A stretch of 58,448 bases of DNA, filler included, from Sphacelaria rigidula (GCA_964200075.2; 8 parts of 8 records of this genome joined end to end with filler, not necessarily neighbours in it); one strand, 5' to 3'. Counted from the whole stretch's first letter, positions 12,023 to 25,710 are shown. The notes: a model not told the origin generated them from the sequence alone. Numbers and translations are program-made.

Positions 12023-13239
12023 TATACCCTGGACAATACATGATGTTCCAAAATGATACGAGTACTTTGTATTAGAGACAGCGCAAATAGTTTCCTTTCA
12101 ATATATGTTGTGTTGAGATGTCCTCGGAGACATTGAAGCAACATATATCTCTCGTGTCATGATCATAAAGTAACGCATGAGAAAATATATGGGACATGCA
12201 TTTGCTCTGGGAACAAAACGTTGAATATATGTTGCGCACCCCGGCCGTGTATGTATTGAAGTGCCGATATTGTGTGGAACCGATGCGTGACGCGTTGTTA
12301 CCATGATATATGTTGAACACAAAATCATGCAAAAGTTGTTATCCCAATATATATTGCGCACTCTCATCGCATAGCTATTGCGCAGCCTATATGCATTGAA
12401 CACGCTCGCGGAGGAACATATTTAGCGTTTTCGGCATCTGCTAATACATCTTCAATGGCGCCCACGAACATAAAATTGCCCACCATACTAATTCCGATAC
12501 ACGTTCCAATCTACATGTTGAATCATCAGTACGTGTTGCTCCACCACTATGTATTGTTACCGTCGGTTCCCTCGTGGATTGTTCGCCAAATATAAATTGG
12601 ACGCATTGACGCACGACATATAGGGGCGGCAGTATATATTCGCGCTTCGAGTATTGAGTAGATTGGATCGTCAATATGTATTGTTCTCGGGTGGCAACCA
12701 ACATATTACTCGGCCATACATATTGAGGTGGCGCGTGTCGTGATATACCCTATTGTTCGGTCTATATATACTGTATTCAATGTCGCGAGCCTTGGCATTT
12801 TGATGGCACAATATACTTTGACCTTCCTCTCGTGCCATCATATTGCTCGCCCAATATGTACTTCTATATTTTATTTTATTTATTTTTCCCCTCTTTTTTT
12901 TCTGATCACGAGCTGGAGTGTTGCAATCAGCTACGTAATGCGAGATAATAATCTTGTTGAGTTGTTTGTGTTTGTGCTTGTGTGTGTTTGCTGTCGTTGT
13001 TATTGCTGTTGTTTTTGTCGCTGCTTCCTTTCTTCTTTCTTTGCTGTGGCTGTTGCTTCTGTCTTTTACTGTTTCTTTCCTTCTTTCTTTCTTATTCTGT
13101 TTTTTGTTTTTGCTGCTCCTGACCACGGGCTGAATCGCTGGAATCCGCTAATATGGGATAATCAATCAATATATTGACCACCCGACGCGTCGACGTATTG
13201 AGCGGGCAATATATATTACATTGCATTGATCAGGGTGTG
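12023..13239. mobile_element. Degenerate AT-rich TIR element of the CACACCCTGGACAATA family; related pieces at about 11360-11680 and 29346-29750
   Basis: Left TATACCCTGGACAATAC, right GCATTGATCAGGGTGTG; many CAATATATATTG-type subrepeats shared with the other pieces. No TSD confirmed. Confidence 0.5.
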
Positions 13240-14300
13240 TAACAATGCTAGCATATTCGAAGTGCTGACAGTCTGGCAGCCGGCATCGTGATTTTAGTGG
13301 TGTTCCTCTAGCGATATAAATTTAAAGTGCGCAGCGCGGGAGTTTGCACGTGAATATTTTGGCCATTGCCCCACCTGGACTCCACCCCTATCGCCCGTAT
13401 GTTGCGGATTTTTCAATCTTAGGCCGCTTCTCATAGACGGAGAAAAGTCGCTGAAAAAAGTTCGGGCGGACGACTTTTCTCAGATACCTTTCCCAGACAA
13501 GTCAGTTTCGAAACCCCATCTTATATTCCATGTAAAAATCCTGGGGATAAGTACACCCGAGGCCATCATCTAGCCTGTGTGCAGACGACGGTAGTGGTCA
13601 TCATTTGCATTTTGTGCTTGTGCCACCTGCGGTAAACCAACACGCAAACAATCCTGTCCAGGTGCAGGATATGTGATGGCAACACACACACGCACACAGT
13701 AGCTACTGGAATAATAGCGATCGAAATGACAGGCGTATCAACTCTTACTTTAGCCGACCGCCGCTTGGTACAGTACTAGTGTCGCAAGCAGTGCAGTGTG
13801 TAGCTGTACGGTTTGTGCCATGCCGCACACAACAAACTTGCGTGACAGTCAGTAGTGCGGTAGGAATTGTCTCAGTACGCTGTCTCAGTAAACAAGATAC
13901 TACAGAGTTCACAATCGGTGGCGGGCACGACGAGCATGAAGCGATATTAGCAGCTAATGCAGTCGGCAGGGGCGAGACTGTGCTATTTTATGGTAAACAC
14001 GCTGCCGGTAAAAAAGTACTGTCTGTCCCCGGTACTGCGGTCATGAAGAGGATGCACGGAGTGCTGCAGCAGCTATGCTGTCGCTACGTTACTGTACATA
14101 CAACACGCATGGCTACTTTTGCATTGACTGTACTACACTCGTGTACGAGGAGTGTGTGATGGTGAGTCACTTTCCACACAGAAAAAAGTCTCTGGGAACT
14201 GATGGCTCTTCACAAAGAGATTTGGAAAAAATCGTTGTCCAGAAACGGCCACCAGTTTGCGGTGACTTGTTTAATGAAAAATGGCCCTATAAGGTCGCGT

Positions 14301-14452
14301 TCTGAAAAAAGTCTCCGGAAACTGACCAAAACGACTTTTCTCGGTGACTTTTTTCAGTCTAAAAAAAAAAGCCTTGGGTCGCTCCTTTTAGACTGAAAAA
14401 AGTCTCTGAGAAAAGTCATTTTGGACGACTTTTCTCAGAGACTTTCTCCAGA
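14301..14452. repeat. Inverted repeat with ~65-bp arms inside a repeat whose end (14445-14538) duplicates 13490-13580
   Basis: TCTGAAAAAAGTCTC...GACTTTTTCAGTCTAAAA pairs with TTTTAGACTGAAAAAAGTCTC...GAGACTTTCTCCAGA; GTACACCCGAGGCCATCATCTAGCCTG occurs twice. Confidence 0.75.
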
Positions 14453-15553
14453 GAAATCAGTTTCAGAACCCCACCTTTTAGTCTACGAAAAAATCCTAGG
14501 AATTTGTACACCCGAGGCCATCATCTAGCCTGCGTGTCNNNNNNNNNNNNNNNNNNNNNNNNNNNNNNNNNNNNNNNNNNNNTTAATTAATTAANNNNNN
14601 NNNNNNNNNNNNNNNNNNNNNNNNNNNNNNNNNNNNNNGTCTAAGCAACACGTAACAAAGCATGCTCAAAACATACTTCTCAGGAATAGTCATCGAGGTT
14701 TCGAGCGCCTTTTGTTGAGTATCTAAGAGAGACTTCATACTGTCCCGCCGGCGACGACCCTCGTCAGCGAAACGATTCAATGCGAGGATAGAGGCCTGCG
14801 ATCTTTGAAACGCAGCATCACTCAGCAGCAGTCTGCTGAGATATGCCATCATCACCACAATACAGCATGATTACAGTACAGTCGACAAAATGGATGCCCC
14901 AAAATAAAGCTGCAGAGACACAAGACGGGGGTAAGGGTTAGCCCTACGCTTGGGGTTGTTTCGCCAGTAGTGCCCATGCGAGGCGCTTCACCCAGTCTGC
15001 ACCAGCTACCACGCCTTGTATGACCACCTCCGCCGTGGCTGTATTGAGAAGGGGTTGCGCGGTGAGGCTGTCGAACGCTACTACTGTAGTGCAACGCGTT
15101 GCGACATCCAAGCCGTTTCTTTGAATTTAGAACCCGCATCAGCTGTGGTTTGGATATCCCTCCTGACGATACCAACCGGGGTCTGATCCAGGGGTGGAAA
15201 GTGATGGCGCCCACCTCCTCAGATAGGATTTGTGACCACCTCAGCGTTATAATTAGACTCCAGGGTAACTCCTGAAATTACGGACGGTTTTCTTGGAAAG
15301 CTGTCGTTCAATATAACGAGCATAAAGCGTTGAAGAAAGGAAATTTCGCTTTTAAACTGGGGAAGATGTACGAACAGTACCTCTATATACCTTTCTACAT
15401 GTTTCATTCGGACCGATGTGTGTATTTGTGGTTGATACGATTGGCCCCATTACGGGTCATTTTTTCTGCAGTGAATAGTGGTCGGTTCATTTTACCGATA
15501 TATAGTGCCCAAACTCGGGCCCCATTCACCCCCATAACAGTAGGATACCTACG

Positions 15554-18500
15554 ATGAAGATCCTAGGATCAGCGGTAATTTTGATTCATTTCCACCCAGA
15601 GTATACGGTAAGGGAGGTATGGGTCCATGAATTCGTTGCGAGAGCGAGTTTCTTCAGGAGAAACAAAAGCACTCTAGCGTTCACAGGACGATCAGGATTT
15701 CGGCGTTCACCGGATTCGCCGTGGGTACGGTTCGTGTCTAACGGCTCCCCAAATCTCGGAGCTGTTTGACATCGACAGCCACAACATTAAAGGAGACCCT
15801 ACAGTGTGGGAACTCTTCTGTGCTGTCAAGCCAAGCGCGCCCAGTGACGACTCGACGGGGAGGTTGTCTAGTCGGGGCGAATTGGCAGCATCGAATGAGG
15901 TGTGGAAAAGCCTTGGAGTGGCGTGGGAGGGCGACGCTACGCTGCAGTGGCTGCTGCATCCAATGGAGGAAGTAAGGTTGGAAGGTTTCGCTAGCATGTC
16001 ATTCCCGGGCTACGTGCGATCGACGACAACATGGGCAGCAGCCTGCGTCACGGTTCGCAAGAAGGACGAACGGTGGTTTACGACTGTGTGAAGATTATCG
16101 TAGACTGGACGAACTTCTGGAGTCATAAAGCGGCGGTTTGAGTGATATGCAGACCATGTATGGTGGGCCGGCACAACCCAAGTACTTCACGAGTGCTGCT
16201 TCAGCGAATGGGGTTTTTCCAGTTGGAGGTTGAGGAAGTATTTTGGCCACCAAAGAGTTCGTGGAGGTCATAAGCTGGTGCGGACTGGAAGGCGTTGAGT
16301 TTTGTTGGAGTAAAACAGATTGGGAGGGGAGTCAGGCTGGTACGTACGAGTCCGGGGTGCGGTTCTTTTCCACAATATTTTGTCAGAAGTGTAACTAGAT
16401 GTGTTGATAGGCGATACAAGGCGAGTCGCACCAACCGAATGGGCCGAGCCAGAATCAGCGTTAGACAGCGTCGCCAAAGAATTGGTTCAGTCATCCCTCT
16501 CATCAACTTCGGTGACAACGCTGATCTTGGAGAGTACTGCTGTGATGGTACGCTCTCCTGGTGGGAAGGCGCCCGTTGCTCCGTTGTTAAGCGGAGCTGG
16601 GTGTCTCACTGAGAAGGCCTTAGTCTCAGCCGTGCAGGTGGGCGCACCGTATCGGGAGAGACGGACCTATGTCGTCGCCTTGAAAGCTGATCGTCGGAGG
16701 GAAGGACAACTGCGAACGTGGAAGCAGCGAGTGCAAGCGTACGCCGTTTCCTGCCCCACGTTGCGTAAGCGATTAGGGCGGACAGGTACTTATTGTTCTG
16801 GTGCCGATAGGACAGGGCAAGGCGATTCACACTTCCGAGGATCCAATGCCCAGGATATCTCGTCCTGGGCCAACAGAAAGGGAAAACCAAGGCGCGCGGA
16901 ATTTAGACCTCATAGGGCGGACGCGGGTGGATGGAAAGAAGCAGTCGAGCTGGAAAGAGTCGATTTCGTGAAAGCTGCTATTATGCTTGACTTTCACAAG
17001 ACACCACCCACGGTAAATAACGACAACATACCAGAGATTGTGGCTGAATTCGTTCACCCGTGAATTACGAAGGCGGTTCTATCAAGTGGAAGCGGAAGGT
17101 TTGTTTAGCCTGACTCATATCCAGGGTAAGGATGGGTATTTGAGCACGCTCGCTGCGATGAGACATCGTGACAAAGCAGAGTCACCAAAGGCTTGGGGAG
17201 CCGCCGTATCTCGTTCGTCGGTTCAAGAGGCAGAGCAGAAGTCAAGCCAAGGCCCTGGTGGGGGGGAAGCTTCAACCAAAGAGCCACGGGTACCAGGTAA
17301 AGGGAACCCTCAGACCGTTCTCGAGCAACCGAGAGCGATTCTGATGGATAGACCGCGACTAGGTTTGCTGGAAGAGCAGGAATCCCGGCTCGGGCCCATC
17401 AGGGATAGGTTACTGTAGGTGGATAGGGACGAAGGAACATATAGGAGGCAGGAAGCGTACGTTCCAAATGATGATGAGCTTCTATGGTATACTTCATCTA
17501 GGGCACCGGGTAAGCTAGCTATTCCACGCGGTCTAGTGCCTGGCCTGCTGGCGTTGGCGCGCACTACGCATTGGCACGCCGGAATGATGAAGACGACTGC
17601 AGTGGTCAACGCACACTACGGGTGACCCAGTCTTTTCGCCGACACTCGCAAATACGTGCTGTCTTGTGGATGTCGGTGACGCAAGGGTACAAATAGTCAC
17701 ACCATGACAATGGAACCCGCTCGCTTCTCGCAACCCTGGGATATGATGGAGATGGACATATCGGACGTGAAGAGGTTTCTACTTCTGCTGATGGGTACTT
17801 GTTGGTTGTTGTGGATCGAGCGGCCAAGACCCTCTTTTCTTTCCTACTAGCAGCCAAGCTTACTGAGCACGTGGCTTAGTGTCTGCTAAAACCGTTCTTG
17901 ACGTTCGAAATATCCCATTTCCTTTGAAGTGACGCCGGGAGGGAGCTCATTTCGGAAGTAGATGATCATTTATGCCATGTGGATGAAGGTGAAAGTGGAT
18001 TATTGTCCCGCAGATCACCCCCGCGATCAGGGCGTGGTGGAAAAAAGCGGAGGCGGTTGTATGGCGTTCTAGCCGAGCTTTGTAAGCAGTGGCTGGAATA
18101 ATGGGACCAGTTTGTGGATCCTGTTGTATGGATTCATCATACTACTCCCGGTCAGTCACTGCCTCATAACCCAACGCCATCTATGCTGCTTCTGAGCGCG
18201 AGCCTCGCTCCCCAATCGATCCTGTGTCACCTAGAAGTAGAACCCCACCGTTGAATGACACGGTAGAGCAACAGCGACAGAGCGGAAGGAGGTCCATGAG
18301 TGTGTAACTCAACGCCATCGTCGTAGGAAAGAAGTGAGATCAGCTAGAAATGCCGAGATGACTCGCCAGTCGGCGGGATCGCGAGCTAAGGTATACGATA
18401 TGGTGCTAGTCGAAGAGTCCGACAGCTCCCTTCTGAACGAAGATATACCGGCCAAATTAGTACGCGACTTGTGGACTGGGCCGTGAACGGTGCAGCAGGG

Positions 18501-18890
18501 GGTGGTACCAGGTCTCAATCTTGAGGTCAAAATGCAGGTGCGTAAGATAGCGGAACCAAAACAAACTACGCCCACCTTTTCACGTATTTCTACAACATGT
18601 CTGAACCCGTGTGCACATCTGGGCAGCGCCCTGAAAAATACTGCTCCTCTATAGCACTCAAACTGGGCGTTGTGGAGCCAATACGCTCTGCAGAGAGGGA
18701 CTGCTGGGAGGGGATTATTCCCTTCACCGACAAGCCACCTGGGACACGGCTGACAGCAGCAAGTGCCGCCGATGCTGTAATCAGTCCCTTCAACCGGCAA
18801 GGGAGATGAGACACGAGATGCTGTACACATACGTACGGCGCATACCACCTCCTACACGATCCAAAATGAAAGCGATAGGGAAAGGAGATC
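15554..18890 (+). pseudogene. Decayed, rearranged Ty3/Gypsy LTR-retrotransposon pol remnant
   Basis: RT start motifs (TTTWAAACVTVRKKD; DYRRLDELLES*...PKYFTS...FFQL at ~16020-16230), integrase zinc-binding region (LAIPRGLVPGLLALARTTHWHAGMMKT...SLFADTRKYVLSCGC), rve core (PWDMMEMDI, YLLVVVDRAAK, SDAGRE, PADHPRDQGVVE), purine tract AGGGAAAGGAGA at ~18877; many stops and frameshifts. Confidence 0.85.
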
Positions 18891-18911
18891 TATGTCCGTT
18901 AAATAACAACA

Positions 18912-19113
18912 GTAATGCGTGAGAGGACCGCGTGCTTAGGAGACCGCATCGAAATTAAACCACCCCATAGTTAGGGTTAGGGTTAGGGTTGGGGTTATAG
19001 TCGGGGGCGTGGTCCCCGCCGAGATTGGCCCGATTGGTTTTGAAACATACCGACCTTGAGGTGTTTTGAACTACGATGCGGTCCTCTATGCACGCGGTCC
19101 TCTCATGCAGTAC
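18912..19113 (+). mobile_element. MITE with ~40-bp TIRs and an internal telomeric (TTAGGG)n tract, copy 1
   Basis: TIR GTAATGCGTGAGAGGACCGCGTGCTTAG..GACCGCATC / GATGCGGTCCTCTATGCACGCGGTCCTCTCATGCAGTAC; GTTAGGGTTAGGGTTAGGGTTGGGG at about 18970-18994. Confidence 0.85.
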
Positions 19114-20618
19114 AACCACAACAAACGGATTCTCAAACAAACACTAGAACGAGGTTCAAGTGGCGTGACTATTTTTCAGGAATTGTGCGAAACAGTTACA
19201 CCAAGGGAAAGGATCTTACCGCCAAAACGCTCTGTAGCAGTTGTAAGCGGGTGTAGCTAGGTGCACCGAACGAATGCGGTGTTTGCGCGTATCGATGACG
19301 ATGTCACCAGAGAAAGGAGCAACGGTGGAGAGGAAACACCTCGTCCGTGTCCGTTGTGTGTCCTCGTTTGGCGACTTCCAATCGCTCGAGATGTTGAGAT
19401 CATGTTACCATAGCATACCCAAGTTGCCATGTGTCGGCGCGCGGGGTGTTACAGGACAACCCTGGAAACAAGATCGGGATGCCCACGGTTGTCGTCTCCT
19501 GTCTCTGGCGCTGACCGATGCAAAGAGCGATTCGTCTCTGCCTCTCTGTTTGGACAGGACGTGCCTTTGTGCACAGTAAAACACGTCGTCGAAAAGCAGG
19601 GCGATGTTCCCGTCATCGATACTGTTCTCGCACACACACATGCGAGCACGGACGGTTGCGCCGTTTCGCCAAGATCTAATGATCGCAAGCTGGGGAGTGT
19701 TACCGTGATCGTAGACTGCACCCGACGTCTGCAAAACAAGAATAACTGTTGCGGACAGACTAGGTAGCAGCAGCCTCTCTGGCTTGTCCGAGCACTAGCT
19801 CCGTTTTACTTTTGCCTCCATTGTTATGTTCATCATGATCGCTGTACACACGATCTGGACGAATCCTCAAGTGTCGGGGAATAAACATGAAATTTCGCTA
19901 CTTCAAACAACATGCGGCATATTTATTCGCGTATAATCATACTGGCTCACCGTTCCTGGACGGCAAAATCGCAGAATGATGACCGCAAACGGTCTCCAGC
20001 ACAAGGGATGATCAGTTGAACGCAGAAGAACTCATCCTCAATGTCAGTGTGTCTTGATCACAGCTTCAGGCGATGATATTCCTCTTTTGTGGTGGTGGTT
20101 TCGCTTGGACACTTTCTACGATAGCCCCCCCCCCAAACGTGCATGGTTCTGGGAGGCAAAATCTTCACGTAAATCGAAATGGGAAAAGCCAAGCACAACG
20201 AGAAGCTGGGAATTCCAACGCTTGGGTTCGTTCTAGCCAACAATGTCGCCAATATGAGGCGCTCCATGCAGGCTGAACCCAAACATCAGGCGCTGTATGG
20301 CCATGTTTTTCGTTACACTTTTTGCTGGTTTCGGAGGGGGGCTATCGTCGAAAGTGTCAAACGATAGTATCGCGATAATAGCATCGCGATGGAGAGGAAT
20401 GGCTTTTTTTCTATCGCGATAGTATGGCGATAGAAAAAAAGCAATTCCTCTCCATCGCGATGCTATCGCGATGTCAATCCTGGCCATTTCTGTCCATCGC
20501 GATAGCATTGCGATAGAGAAATTTGTCCTTCATTCTATCGCGATACTGTCGCGATACCACTTTTGGGGTCAAATAGGCCTAAATGGGCAGTTCCAGGATA
20601 TATATGTGGTATACTGCG

Positions 20619-20946
20619 AAAAGAGAGCTCGGCGGAGTTTGACACCTTGGAATGACTTGTTATACTAGTTGAGGCGGTTCCAGGACATCTTCCCGTTTTC
20701 CGGCGGCCGCAGTCCTTATTTTGGCCAACAAGAACTTTTGTCCAGGAACGGCAGAAACCAGTCAACTCTAGAAAAAAACGCCACTCGTTTCCGGACTTGA
20801 CTGTTTTTTACCGTTCTTGGACGAAAAATTTTGCTTGGCCAAAATAAAACCTGCGGCCAACGGAAAACGGGAAGATGTCCTGGAACCGCCTCAACTATAG
20901 TATAGCATGTCATTCCAAGGTGTCGAACTCCGCCGAGCTCTCTTTT
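20619..20946. mobile_element. ~330-bp foldback palindrome (probably one MITE nested in another)
   Basis: AAAAGAGAGCTCGGCGGAGTTTGACACCTTGGAATGAC...TAGTTGAGGCGGTTCCAGGACATCTTCCCGTTTTCCG pairs with CGGAAAACGGGAAGATGTCCTGGAACCGCCTCAACTA...GTCATTCCAAGGTGTCGAACTCCGCCGAGCTCTCTTTT; short central loop. Confidence 0.85.
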
Positions 20947-21061
20947 GGGGCGAAAAACGACGTAAAAGCTACAAAAAGGCACTTTTCCACATTTATATTT
21001 TCGCCTGTTATTATGGGAGCGGCCTGAAACTCATTGAAATGTTGAATCTGTGACGGTTTAA

Positions 21062-21158
21062 CCCTTAGACGGCGAGGTTAGTCTCCTGTTGAATCGACAT
21101 CAATTTCAAGTGAAAAAAGTATGCATGATCCAGAAAGACTAATCTCGCGGTCTAAGGG
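21062..21158. mobile_element. ~100-bp piggyBac-like MITE; related copies or fragments at about 21432-21522, 21670-21777, 32225-32250, 52927-53030, 53498-53545 and 57300-57390
   Basis: TTAA-CCCTTAGACGGCGAG ... CTCGCGGTCTAAGGG-TTAA: TTAA TSD and CCC/GGG termini; shared core GACCGCGAGGGTAG...TGCTGAATCGGCATCAAT. Confidence 0.85.
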
Positions 21159-21957
21159 TTAAGCTGTTTGAACAAAGCGTATTTTAAGCCCAAAACCCCT
21201 AAATGAAGCTTAAACTTAAGTGCGCATATGAAGTTAAAGCCTGCGATTCATATGACCCTTTCTGTACGAGGAGCTTTGCTTCGGGACAAGATACAGAGCC
21301 AGATTTCAAATTCTGCCAGCTGACTGACTATGGAAGAATTATCGAGCTGAAACAACGGTTGTAGTTGTCTCGAGGAATGGCTGAACTTAAGCCATACAAT
21401 GGTTGCACTTGAGTGATACGATGATTAAACTCAACTCTTCGACATCGAGGGTAGGCGATCTGTTGCATCGGAACCGTTTATACCTGAAAAAAAAAAATCG
21501 CCTACCCTCGCGGTCAAAGGGTAAACGTGTATCAAATAAGAGCCGATTTGATATTTTGGGGTTCAACACTAAAATGGGGCTGGAGTCGCATTCCTCTCTT
21601 GCAGGGAAGATACGAAAGAGTAATACAGATCGAAAGTATCTTCCCCCCCCAAACTCGGCAGGAGGACTTGACCGTCAGACCGCGAGAGTAGGTCACCTGC
21701 TGAATCGGCATCAATATTCACTTGGAAAAAGTACACGCGTGGTCCAGATGGACAACGGGCACCGCGGTCCAAGGGTTAGGTAACTCTGGCTAGGTGCACC
21801 CAACGAAATGCGGTGTACACGCGTGTCGATGACGATATCACCAGAGAGAGAAGCAACNNNNNNNNNNNNNNNNNNNNNNNNNNNNNNNNNNNNNNNNNNN
21901 NTTAATTAATTAANNNNNNNNNNNNNNNNNNNNNNNNNNNNNNNNNNNNNNNNNNNN

Positions 21958-22222
21958 CCTTGCCAAGCCCTCGTGAGAATAGATCCTCTCTCGAAATGTT
22001 CATGCCCGCCGGAAACATTGCAGGACCACCGCGATCGCGGGTTCGTTCGAACGGTCGCGAACGCGTGTGTACTCCCGCACAAAGTAAAGCACGACTCCGC
22101 TAACCGGGCCCCTAGCATTGACATTGGGCCGAACAGTCATTTCCCGGGGCGGGTGCGGAGGAATTTGCACACTAAAATCAGCAAGAAATCTCGTGGACGC
22201 CTCGTTACAAAGTATGCTTGAC
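21958..22222 (+). repeat. Dispersed repeat, second copy at about 26610-26885
   Basis: TTGCCAAGCCCTCGTG...CCGGAAACATTGCAGGACCACCGCGATCGCG...CCTCGTTACAAAGTATGCTTG occurs twice in contig 4. Confidence 0.9.
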
Positions 22223-22259
22223 GCTGTGAGTTCGAAATGTTATATATATATATACTATA

Positions 22260-22893
22260 CTTTCTCTGTCCCATAAGTCTGGGAAGTTGTGTTTGTTCGA
22301 CCCCTGAATCGTGTCCGATTTGATTTTCGATTTTTTATTGCATTCGTCGGCGTTTTTATAGCTAAAGCCGACATTCTTCGTACAACCTGTGTCCTCGACC
22401 CATGTACCTCCGCGGCCTAGAAAAAATAGGTCGGTCCAAAAACGGCCATTTTTCGCTCGTTTTCCCAGGAAAGCATGAGAGACCCAGGAACACGAAAAAT
22501 CGCGAAACATGTGCCAGAAAATGTGAAAATCGCGAAACAACACTTGATTTTGGACATGTCCGTGATGTTAATCTACGCACGCCCCATCCAACATTTTGTT
22601 AGCATGTAATTGCTAGTGTTCGACGTGAAAACGTCCAAAATCGGTCCATGATGGGGTATAAACGGATCAAACAGGGTCAAAATGGGCATATTTTGACATA
22701 CATGGGAATATTTTGACATAAATGCGCATATTTTGACATCATCTTAGTATTGATGAAGTTCCTCTTCTTTTTTTCATCAGCTGCGTTTGCGCTTTACCTT
22801 CCTATAGAACCCAACTATGGGATGATTTGGCAACGTTGGCATACCCATACGATTCAACGCCCATAACTTCCCAGACTTACGGGACAGAGAAAG
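22260..22893. mobile_element. Tc1/mariner (Stowaway-like) MITE
   Basis: TA TSD on both sides; 32-bp TIRs CTTTCTCTGTCCCATAAGTCTGGGAAGTTGTG / revcomp CTTTCTCTGTCCCGTAAGTCTGGGAAGTTATG, resembling the Stowaway CTCCCTCCGTCCCA terminus; solo related end at about 24962-24987. Confidence 0.85.
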
Positions 22894-23406
22894 TACATAC
22901 GTGTATACATTTTTTTGAAGGGAGGAGGAAACCTGACTGTAAACACTTACCCCGCGAGCGGGTTGGTGTGCATATAACCCGGAAGCTCGGCCAGACCGCC
23001 TCGCGGCAGTCATGTGGGGTAGGCACATCGAGTGTTTGCAAGCTTTGCTCAAGACAGTGTGGGGGTCCGACTTACTGAAACCCCCCCCAGTCAACTTGGC
23101 GCAGTACACGCGCCGTCATACTCTTAAAAGCTTCGGCCCTACATGTTATTATATTTGGTGTATCATCCCAGGGTACGTGGCTGCACTTGATAATACATAT
23201 CCCGAAATTTTCCTTCTTCAAGGAGAGAAGTAAGACTCATTAATATACGTTTTTTTAATCCAAAACGGAGACTGTGTTACTTTAAAATCCTGACTTTGGA
23301 TATATTGACTAAAGATAAATAATTATTTGATTGTAGTTCACTATTACTTTCATTTTTTTCAGAATTTTTCTGAAACACTTTTTTTGTAAATAATAAGACT
23401 ATGTAC

Positions 23407-23492
23407 CTGATTCGAAGCATCCCTCGCCTGAGACCATTCCACGTGAGCATCCGCCAGCTGCTTACGGACAAACTCTCCCAGCTGATCGGTTG
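23407..23492 (-). CDS. PfkB-family carbohydrate kinase, internal exon (downstream of 26957-27176)
   Basis: TTTTGCAG| ... CAG|GTACAT; phase matches the previous exon; encodes (A)TDQLGEFVRKQLADAHVEWSQARDASNQ, the xDxxG...L...V segment of PfkB signature 1. Confidence 0.7.
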
Positions 23493-25710
23493 CTGCAAAA
23501 CACATCCAAAACGTTCGTGTGTTTTTTTTTTCAAAAAAAAGGACAGAATACGGCGAATGTTTTTGAAATGCGAGGTGGAGAAGAGTGATGTCATGAGTTG
23601 AGTTGGAATCTAGAAATAAAAAAAGGCCAAACACGACCCCTTTTTCTGTCGACACGTGAACACTGTGGTCAATCAATACGCCCTTTGAATATACACTACA
23701 GAAGTAATTCATTTTCTCGTCCATATTTGCGATACCAGTGAAACGTTTTTATCACCTGAATGTATGCATAAATATTCCTGCATGCAGCACAAAAACAAAA
23801 TCGAAATCTTGGCAGGTCGAAAGGTGTAGTGATCAGATGTTTTTCGATTGAAGGATGACAAAGGCATGTCAATGAAAAAGAAGAAAATAAATAGCGGCAT
23901 AATAATAACACAAGTCACCATTAAAAAAAAAGCGGAGAAGAAGCTTGTCAAACTCAACAACCCGACAGGGATTCAACTATCGTATAGTGATCACCTCATG
24001 AAAACAGGTCGTGTGTATAACTGCAGTAAACACAATCACTGCCGAAATCTAATCATTTGATTCATCAATCAACTACAGATTTGTCGGTTGGCAGTTGGAT
24101 GTTTTGCTGTTTCGAAAATATTTTTCAACGGCTCAGTTCAGGATCCTTCTTTTGAGGTCGGTAACATTTACCACGGTATCCAGCCACACCGTGGTAATGC
24201 ACGGTACTTTTTGGATGGTACCTGGCCACTCCAATACTCATTGGCACAGGAACCAGCCCCATCTTGCTTACGCACGGTAACTTGTGGACAGCAATGTACC
24301 ATTCTGTCACTCATTGGTACGGGAACCAGCCACTATGATAAAGCACGGCATACTTGTGTTCGGGTGTATCTTTCTTCAGCGTGTGTCAACCCAGGACTAC
24401 CATGTCAAGTTTGTACGGACCTTTTCACCGTGTCCTGTTCATGCTTGTTTCCTTTTTTCATGCATTCGTCGGCGATTTTTCACGATAGATCAAACAAACA
24501 TTTTTTGCAAGCAATGTCGCCTACCCCCACGCGACTGAACGACCGAAAAAAAAACAGCCGGTCCAAGCGAATGGTCGTAATTCGTCCCCTATTACGGGGA
24601 CAAAAAAAATGAACAAAAGAAAAAAAAAACGAAAAAAATGACAAACACAAACGCCAAATGCTCCCCTTCGTTTTAGCCTACGAGTAATTATCGTGCAGAG
24701 GCTAGCCGCGCCTCGTCCTGAAGCACTTGGTTGCGTTTTCACTCATGTCCAGCACGACAGAGGCAAAAATGAGTCGAATTTGGCAAAACTGGTCACAAAA
24801 AAGCCAAAAAAATGGGTCACTTTTGAACCAAAATATATACGCCGGAGTTCTTGTTTTATTTCGTTGGGTTCCCCTACGTTTAATCTTTCCAATGATACAA
24901 GCTTTGGTGTCTGTCGTATTCAGACTACGTCGGGGCAAACCCTTCCTTGTAAGCCCAAATACCCTAACTTATGGGACAGAGGAAGTACATCTTGAAGAAA
25001 ACATTGCACGATTTGCGCATTAACCTTTTCTTGCATTTTGGTATATACGCCTATATTATATTCATCAGTGACGTATCCGTACCCGTATGTTGGGGTTCCC
25101 ACTGTATACGCTCACATGATCGGGCGAATTATTCCATCATTGATGTATCCGTACCCGTATATTGGGGTTTCCACAGTATACGCTCACATGACCGGCCGAA
25201 GTTATCGTACTCACTAGTCGGCTGCCTGAGACGCTGGGAGTCAGGCGTGAACTTTCATTGTGTCACGCTTTTGATATCGTTACATTGTATGGTGAAGATA
25301 CGACTCACGTCTCAGAGAAGCCAAATGTGTTACGTTCAATTTCGATGCCTTACGCTTAACAGGAGAACGATAAAATACTGTCGTTCTAATTTTTTCGGAA
25401 AAATAAGTGTGCAGGAAATGGTTGTGCAGAATGATTGCCAAGCGTCTGATGCACCGGTCGTCACGTGGGGCTCCTTGGCGAAAACGGCTCGCTCTTTGGC
25501 ACGCGAATACCACTACTGATGGACCGCCTTCACGCACACAGCTCCAAGGTGGCGTTCGTTGCTGAAGGACCAAACCTCTTGGCTCGACACCCGGTCAAAC
25601 GGGCCTCCCAAAAGTCCCCCTGAGAATATGTGAACGACAACCTTCTGGTTTACTTGAACCAATATCACCTAACTCAGGGGCTGGGGACCACGAAATATAC
25701 GGAAACGTGT

